A DNA stretch of 64,000 bases, taken from NCBI RefSeq assembly GCF_009914755.1, contig NC_060946.1; one strand, written 5' to 3'. The notes below the pieces were generated by a model. The model worked only from the letters and a program-made list of their open reading frames with translations, ran no database searches and was not told where the DNA came from. Of this stretch, positions 53,867 to 64,000 are shown one piece after another. Numbering within the stretch: position 1 is the stretch's first letter; each line of letters opens with the position of its first letter. The stretch comes from the human T2T-CHM13v2.0 reference genome, Homo sapiens. The position numbers were made by a program, and so were the translations under genes.

Positions 53867-54102
53867 CTAAAGAATGTGAGGCAGGTTCTGACCTTATCCA
53901 AACTGAGGTGAAATTTCACAGTGGTTGATGAGAACCAGACTGGATGCCAAAGGGGAGTGGTAATCCATTTAGGACGAGCATCTTCAAACCCTGGGTTCCA
54001 CTGGGCTATAAGATACTAAATCTCCTCTTTCCTGTTTACTATATGTAAAATGGGGAGACTAACATTCCTTTTTTTGAGACAGAGTCTCACTCTATTGCCT
54101 AG

Positions 54103-54360
<258 letters not shown>

Positions 54361-55516
54361 TAACACTGCATTTTAAATAGAGCTGATGTGCCCTTCTGAA
54401 CTGTCATTTATAAATCAGCTGTTTAAATGGCTGCAATTTGTTTATTTACGTGAAGACATTTAATAGTTCAGTGAAACTGGAGAAATTAAGGATACCTGCT
54501 TTCTCTTACCTGTTCCTTCTTTTTTTTTTTTTTTTTTGAGACAGTCTCACTCTGTTGCCCAGGCTGGAGTACGATGGTGTGATCTTGGCTGACTGTAACC
54601 TCCGCCTCCCAGGTTCAAGTGATTCTCCTGCCTCAGCCTCCTAAGTAGCTGGGACTACAGGCGCTCACCACCACGCCTGGCTAATTTTTCTATTTTTAGT
54701 AGATATGGGGTTTCACCATGTTGGCCAGGCTGGTCTTAAACTCCTGACCTCGTGATCCGCCCGCCTCGGCCTCCCAAAGTGCTGGGATTACAGGCGTGAG
54801 CTACCGCGCCTGGCCCCTGTTCCTTTCAAATGAAGCTTTTCTCATTTACTTTGTGAGGAATGCTACGCTTACAAGGAGGAAGTACAATATAGTGAATAAG
54901 AACACAGGTTCTGGTGTAGACAGGTTGGGTGTGAATCCTACTGGCTTAAACGGTGAACTAATGGTTTATTGAGTGACTACTACCTTCCGGGCACTATCCT
55001 TGGCACTAAGGATACATCAGTAAACAAAAACCTCCTTCATGACACTTACTAGGTGGGGGGAGGGGACAGTCAATAATAATAATGATGATAATAAGTCATA
55101 ACATGTTAGCAATAGTGAATGGTATAGAACGAACAAGAGTAGGTTAAGGGGGTCTGGGCGTAGTGGCTCACGCCTGTAATCCGAGCGCTTTGGGAGGCAG
55201 AGGCGGGCGGATCACCTGAGGTCAGGAGTTCGAGACCAGCCTGGCCAACATGGTGAAACCCCATCTCTACTAAAAGTACAAAAATTAGCCAGGCATGGTG
55301 GCACACACCTGTAATTCTAGCTACTCGGGAGGCTGAGACAGAAGAATCACTTGAACCCGGGAGGTGTTGCAGTGAGCTGCGATTGCACCACTGCACTCCA
55401 GCCTGGGCGACAAGAACAAAACTCTTGTCTCAAAAAAAGAAAAAAAAAAAAAAAGAGTAGGTTAAGGGAGTTTCAGGGATGATCAGGGTGGGCCTCTTTG
55501 AGAATGTGATATTTGA

Positions 55517-55699
<183 letters not shown>

Positions 55700-55977
55700 T
55701 GAGACGGCGTCTCCCTATGTTGTCAAGCCTGGACTTGAACTACTGGGCTCAAGTGATCCTCCCACCTCCAGGCGTGAGCCACCAGGCCCAGCTTTGAGCC
55801 AAGATTTAAAGGAGGCAAGGGAAAGAGGGATGCAGGGGCAATGACATGCCAGGTTTATCTGAAGGCCTGTAAGGAGGCCAGTGAAGTTAGAATGGGTGAG
55901 GAGGGGAAGTAGAAGATGACCAGAGGTAATGGAGGACCAGATCACAGAGAACACTGCAGAGGCTGAGAACACTAAGC

Positions 55978-56168
55978 CTGAGCTGTCCAATATGGTGACC
56001 ACTGACCACATGTGGCTATTTAAGTTAAATAAATGCACAAATTCAGTCCCTCAGTTCCACTAACCACATTTTAGGTATTCAATAGCCACATGTGACTAGT
56101 GTTTACTTACTGGACAGTGCAGATCTAGAACATTTCCATCACTGCAGAAAGTTCTATTGGACGCACTG
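55978..56168. mobile_element. MER3-like DNA transposon
   Basis: GCTGTCCAATATGG...CCACATGTGGCTATTTAA...AGAACATTTCCATCACTGCAGAAAGTTCTATTGGAC. Confidence 0.75.
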
Positions 56169-56918
56169 TTTAAACTATAGTTTCCTATTCTGTAAAAAAA
56201 AGCATAATAACACTGCCTGCCTCATAACATTTCCAGGATTAAAAGAGACGATACATGACACATGCGTAGCACAGGGTCTGGGACATAATACATGCCCAAT
56301 AAAGGCTAACTCATTTCTTCTAGGGTTTATAATTTGAAAGTTTTATAGTTGTTCTCATAGTACCCTGGTATTGAAACTATTCACGTGTCCTTCTCCCCAG
56401 TTAGACTACAGTTGCCTCAGTAACCAGGACAGTTTCTTATGCATCTTTATAACTCCAGCACCTAGCAAAGGACCTGGTCCTGAGATGTGACATGAACATC
56501 TGTTGAGATGAGCTGTTCTGTTTAGTTAGCTTTGTTGGTTGACACACAGTGCTATTGAGGACAAAGTTCCTAACCCCAATCTGGGCTGCCTGGCTTGTTA
56601 TTGCAATGACTCTGCCACCCTGGCATACTGCACTCCCAGTCTACTGCTGTCTTCTCAGATGCGCATGCTCACTGACTCAGGAGTACAGCTGGCAGGTATG
56701 GATGTATCATCAGCTCAAACCCATTCCTACTAAACAGATTTTTGAAGAGGGGCCTCAGTTATTTCACACCTGAAAAACAACTCAAAAGTTGCAGGATACA
56801 AACCCTACTTTATTCTCCTTTATATCCTTTGTATCATCACTGAATTTGCCTGTAAGCTACACGCCACACTTCCTATTCAACTGCATCAAGGTACACTTAG
56901 GATCTCATCCATTCATAG

Positions 56919-57329
<411 letters not shown>

Positions 57330-57336
57330 TGAGTGA

Positions 57337-57979
<643 letters not shown>

Positions 57980-58908
57980 TAATCCCAGCACTTTTGGAGG
58001 CTGAGGCGGGCGGATCACGAGGTCAGGAGATCAAGTCCATCCTGGCTAACATGGTGAAACCCCGTCTCTTCTAAAAAAAAATACAGGCCGGGCGCGGTGG
58101 CTCAAGCCTGTAATCCCAGCACTTCGGGAGGCCGAGGCGGGAGGATCACGAGGTCAGGAGATCGAGACCATCCCGGCTAACACGGTGAAACCCCGTCTCT
58201 ACTAAAAATTAAAAAAAAAAAAAAAAAAAAAAATTAGCCAGGCACGGTGGCGGGCGCCTGTAATCCCAGCTACTCAGCAGGCTGAGGCAGGAGAATGGCA
58301 TGAACCTGGGAGGCACGCGCCACTGCACTCCAGCCTGGGCACACAACAAGACTCTGTCTCAAAAAAAAAAAGAAAATTTAAAAAAGCAGAATCACGCAGG
58401 GCCTTGTAAGCCATATTCCTTTCCATTTTGCCTTAAAGAAATTGAATGATTATTAAATTAATTCATTAGATGAGTATAAAACAGTTCACACAGTGAACAA
58501 AAATCAAAAACAAAGCACAATAGATGGCATTAAAACAGAAAAAACCTCTCTCAGATTTGAATAAATTTTACTTAATCTTCAAGCTTAAGTTCAAGTCTCA
58601 ATCATTTCTATAATCAATACTTACTGAACACCTGCTCCAACAGGCCACTGGGGACATATAGGAAGGGGACAGAGTCCTTGCCCTCCAGGAGCTCCAGGCT
58701 CTTGCCAAAGCCTCTCTGACATGCTCAGCTCACCATGGCCTCTCTTATTTCAAAGCCTAACATAGTTCATGCACCACTCACTCACTTTGGCACCTAATCA
58801 TAATCTGTTTTATATTGTTATCAAATGTTATATGTGTACATTCATTATTTAAAGGAAAATAATATTTTAAGAAAAACTCCTGGGCTGGGCATGGTGACTC
58901 ATGCCTTA

Positions 58909-59210
<302 letters not shown>

Positions 59211-59459
59211 TCACGTCATATCTTTTATTTCATTACTATTTGTACTACAAAATGAAGTAAAGAATTGAGTATAGTGTAAAATCTCTAATATTCATTAGAA
59301 TTCATTCTGCCAAGCAATTTATATATTCTATGTCTCCAAATCTTTAAGTCTGAAAACAGTTTTGAAATGGGCTTGTAAAGAAAAATAAACGTGATGCATG
59401 TACACGAAACTTCTGATCAGAAAATAATAAACAAATATGAAGTACTTCTTACCACAATT

Positions 59460-59462
<3 letters not shown>

Positions 59463-59497
<35 letters not shown>
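59463..59497. repeat. (CA)n microsatellite
   Basis: About 17 CA units, seen directly. Confidence 0.95.
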
Positions 59498-59498
<1 letters not shown>

Positions 59499-61011
59499 CT
59501 GCATGTACTGTGGCACAAAAAGAGGTCAAGAAACTTAAAGAGCAGCCAAAATTATTAAGAGGAGGAACTGAAGGACACTTATAATAGCTAATTATTTTAG
59601 GCAATTGGTGACTATGAAAAAAGGTGCAATGAGGCTATCTGCTCAATTAGAATGCTGAAGATAATTTTGGGACCATTTTTCATAGTGAATGAAAAGCTAT
59701 AGAACAGTAATGCCTTCACTTGAGGCAATTCCAGGAGGCTGAAAACAGGACAGGCTAAAACTACGGAATTTACATTGCTTCAGGAAAGGGGAATTACCTT
59801 GGGCTTTATCTAGTCTAATCCTGAACTGCGACAGAGCTAGATGAGGTCTCCCATTGGAGAACTGACATAACTGAAGCCTGAGAGGGTACTGCAGATGAGA
59901 TCACATGGATTTAATTTGGGAAAATGGAGACTAAGAGGCATGATCATAAATCTAGATTGTAAGTGGCACATACACATTGAACCCAGCTTTTTTTCTCATC
60001 CAAACTTGAAACATTTGGCAAAGGATGCCTTTACAAACTTCAGGAAGGCATCTACTTTACTTCAATTTTAAAGGAACGTATTACACAGAGGTGGTATCTC
60101 AAAATGACAGAGAACGCGAGCTCTGGAAGTCAGACTGCCTGTGTTCATAACCCAGCTCTACCACCTAGTAGCTCTGGGACCTGGGGCAAATTCCTTAACA
60201 CTCTACTTCTCAGGTTCTTCAATCAAGAAAATGGAGGCAATAACAGGACTTATCTCACAAAGTTGTGGTGAGGATTATAATGCACGCAAAGTACTCAGAA
60301 AAAAAGGGTCTGACACATGGTAAGCTCTCAATAAATAGTGGCTATTAATATACTTCTAGAATTCATCATAAAAATCAGGAAACAAATTGATTTTTTAAAG
60401 GTTCAAATGTATTTAGGAATGGGAAATCAATATATGGCTACTTATAGAACTGGGACATACCCAACTTCAAGATTTGTGTTGTCTGAATGGGATGAATCAG
60501 TAAGACCATGCCTATTTTCCTTAAGTGTTCAACTCTAGAAAGTAATGACTACTAGCTTTGCTAATTCTTTCTTCATTAATTTTGCAAAAGGTATAAAAGC
60601 AATATGGAAAAAAGAGGTAGAGAAGACAGAAGTAGATTAGCACACAAGGTGATTTCCTCAGATCAGAATCTGATGTGCCCAATGAATGGGTGATGTTCCC
60701 ATGTTTGGCTGAGGCATTCCAGGACTTTACATCTATATAAAAGGGCGGGGAGTGGGAAGGGGGCAGGTCTATTACTCCATCTTCAGTTACAGCACTTTCC
60801 CCTTCACCCACTACACTCCACAAAAGCCTTCTTTCAGTTCCAGTATCAGGCCAGACTCTTTCCTGTCTCAGGGCTTTGGCAGGTTGATCTTTCTCCTACC
60901 TGGAACACTGTTACTCCCTTACTACCCTCCTGTGGCTACTTCTTCCTCATCCTAAATTCCCACTTTCAAAGTCACTACCCTTGATACCCTTATTTAAAAT
61001 AGGTCTCTTCA

Positions 61012-61287
<276 letters not shown>

Positions 61288-61831
61288 CTAAAAAAAAAAA
61301 AAAAGGTCTCTCTTGTTATTTTCTATCACAGCACCCAGTGTGCTTCCTGTGCAGAAGGCACTTATGCAATTTGTAACTAATTATTTATGTATTTATTTTT
61401 AATGTCTCCCCCATTAGATAGCTCCATGATGGCAAAGAACATCTTTGTTCATTATATCAACCTCATTTACCTTAACACGTTGACTAGCATAGAGCAGACG
61501 CTCAATAAACATCTGCTGAATGAATGAAATAATGACTCCTAAGGCTCCTTTCAGCTGCCCAATAATTATTAGGTAATAGGATAAAAAATACCCAGTGTAA
61601 AGGGGGAGGTTTTACGTGGGGTATAGGAAATATCTGATTCCTCACTATGATAAAAAAACAAACAACTAAATGGCTCCATTCCAAGAAGTTTAGTTAAAAC
61701 TTGACTGATGTGGGCTGGGCATGGTGGCTGACGCCTGTAATCCCAGCACGTTGGGAGGCCAAGGCAGGCGGATCACAAGGTGAGGAGATCGAGACCATCC
61801 TGGCTAACACAGTGAAACCCCGTCTATACTA

Positions 61832-62113
<282 letters not shown>

Positions 62114-63199
62114 TTATCTAGGCCCAAATCCCTGTCAAATAATGGGTTGGCTACATAAGAATTAGCTGATAAGCTCATTAAAAATACAGATTTTTGGACC
62201 AAAACTCCAGGAGATTCTGATTTAGTATTTGTGAAGCCTTAGAATCCATATAATTAAAATTTTCTCATTTTAAATAGATATTATGTGTATGTAATACACA
62301 GGTCCAGAGGTAAGAAACAGTTTACAGCAAAGTTTCTCTTCTACCCCTGTTCCCCTGGCATCAAGTTCCCCTTTCCATAAGCTACTGCTGTTATCAATTT
62401 CTTGTGTATCCTTACGGATAATTATTTGCCTAAGCAAGCACATATATATCCTTTGATTTGCATATTTAAAGAGCTATTCTAACCTTGTTTTTTCTAATCT
62501 CATTTACAATATATGTTGGAAATGAGGGTATCTGCATTTTTAACAAGCACCCTAGATGATTTTGATGTGAAGCCAAATATAGAAACAACTCATGGACCCA
62601 CGGTTGTGAGATTAAGTTCAATTCACTACGACATATTAGAAACTCAAGGACATTGAAGGATGCCCTCAAAAGTAGCCTCCCTTACTTGATTTCTGCCCCC
62701 TCGTCTCACAGAGATGAACTAAATCATTCGCCAGTGTCTCCACAGAAGCCAGGAAAAACTAGCCATTCAAATGGATGCTGTCAAAGCTTCAATTTTCAAT
62801 AATTGGAATTCTTTCCTGCTCATTGTTACCCGAAATTACAAACCTGACAATTCCTGTGTTACACAAGACATTCCTGTATTTAAGTTGAAATAAGGTGTGA
62901 TCGTCACTGAATGAGGGCTGGTTTTTCTCCTGCCAGTTAAGTAGTTTAATGGAGCACAACCGAAATACTTTCTTTACTAATCCTTATTCACACAGCCTCA
63001 TCCAAACTTCCCCCAAAACTGCTTTCTTGCCATTTGAGCAAAAGCAATTAACTTAGAAACTGTGGGGAGAAGACTGCTTGGTGAATTCTGGAGTTCGGGG
63101 CTCCTCTTATCCTGACTTGACCTACCTGGGGGCGATGGCTGGGTCCCTAGGCAGCTCTATCTCCCCCATCCCACCTATCCCTGGGACTGCAAAGGGAGC

Positions 63200-64000
63200 T
63201 TCCTTTTGGCACTGAGACAAGGTTCTCCGAGAGCCACCCGACCTCCGCAGTGTCTCTGTCACCACGAGGGGCACCGCGCGGCAGGCATCCTCACCTTTCC
63301 TACACCGCGCCAAGGAGGCAGGAGTGCACTGGGCTACCCGAGCGAGGCAGAGAACCCGCCGGGATCCAGCGCTGGTTTACCCCACACCCTCGTCGAAGGG
63401 GCTCTCGAGGGCTCGGTTTCTGCCCAAGCCCCCTGCAAGGTGGAGGCATGACTCCTCCATCCCTTCCCCTTGAATTCAAACGTGAGGATGGTATCTGCGA
63501 GGCTAAAGCGGGGCTCAGATGGCCCAAACTTCAGACCACTCTCTTCTCCACTCGGCTTTTCTTCCATCCTCCTGGCCATGTGTCTCCCCGTGAGTCGTGG
63601 CCCAAGTCTCCCCACCTCGGCCAGGCGCCACCCTCTGGCCTGGCTCCCGCCCTCCTGCCCACCTGGCCCCTTCCCCCTCACCCAGCATGATGGGGCTGAG
63701 CCGCCGGGCCAGGCCTTTGGACAGGTCGTACACGTAGAGCTTCACCGGATAGAGATTCGGCGGCTCCATTGGGACCCGTGGCGACGGCGGCCACGACGGC
63801 CCTCGGGCACCCGGCAGCGGCTTGGACCTTCCCGTACCCGACGGGAGTGCGAAGCGGAGGGAGAGGGGGGGACCGAGCCCGGGCCCGGGCTGAGGGGTGG
63901 GGGAGAGGCCGCCCTGCGCTGCTCGCGCCCCCACACCCGCTACCGGCAACGACTACTGTGAGGTGACAGAGAGGGGACAGGGAGGGCCCACACGGAAGAG
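63200..64000. promoter_or_regulatory. CpG island over DESI1 exon 1/promoter, running off the window; likely shared with XRCC6
   Basis: High CpG density. The head-to-head XRCC6 arrangement is recalled; no XRCC6 sequence is visible here. Confidence 0.75.
63682..63769 (-). CDS. DESI1: DESI1 exon 1 coding part (desumoylating isopeptidase 1, PPPDE family)
   Basis: [29 protein letters not shown](G); V.LYVYDLS PPPDE N-terminal motif; donor gtgagg. Confidence 0.97.

Overview
Alu-dense primate genomic DNA, almost certainly human. The gene order CSDC2(+), PMM1(-), DESI1(-) matches chr22q13.2 as I recall it, with XRCC6 expected head-to-head just past the right edge. I rebuilt all three spliced CDSs by hand from GT-AG boundaries and the phases are consistent: CSDC2/PIPPin (cold-shock-domain RNA-binding protein, 3 coding exons, 153 aa), PMM1 (HAD-family phosphomannomutase 1, 8 exons, 262 aa) and DESI1 (PPPDE deSUMOylating isopeptidase, 6 exons including a 22-nt microexon, 168 aa). 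The rest is dozens of often nested Alus, L1/L2/MIR remnants, MER3/MER20/MER30 transposons, microsatellites and one ERV9 (LTR12) solo LTR. I see no new protein-coding system; nearly all supplied ORFs are Alu, repeat or GC artefacts. The best leads are non-coding. (1) The LTR12 is remodelled: a ~190-bp G-rich tandem expansion sits in its core promoter, its poly(A) signal appears deleted, and its 3' end is lost at a TSD-less Alu. (2) The DESI1 3'UTR holds a tight inverted-Alu hairpin. (3) The spliced CSDC2 leader is stop-free and in frame, with a junction-made ACG in good context. (4) Convergent CTCF-like motifs bracket PMM1 and the LTR. (5) A YCAY array and a perfect 20-bp palindrome flank CSDC2 exon 2. 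Repeat subfamily calls and consensus comparisons are from memory and need RepeatMasker/Dfam confirmation.
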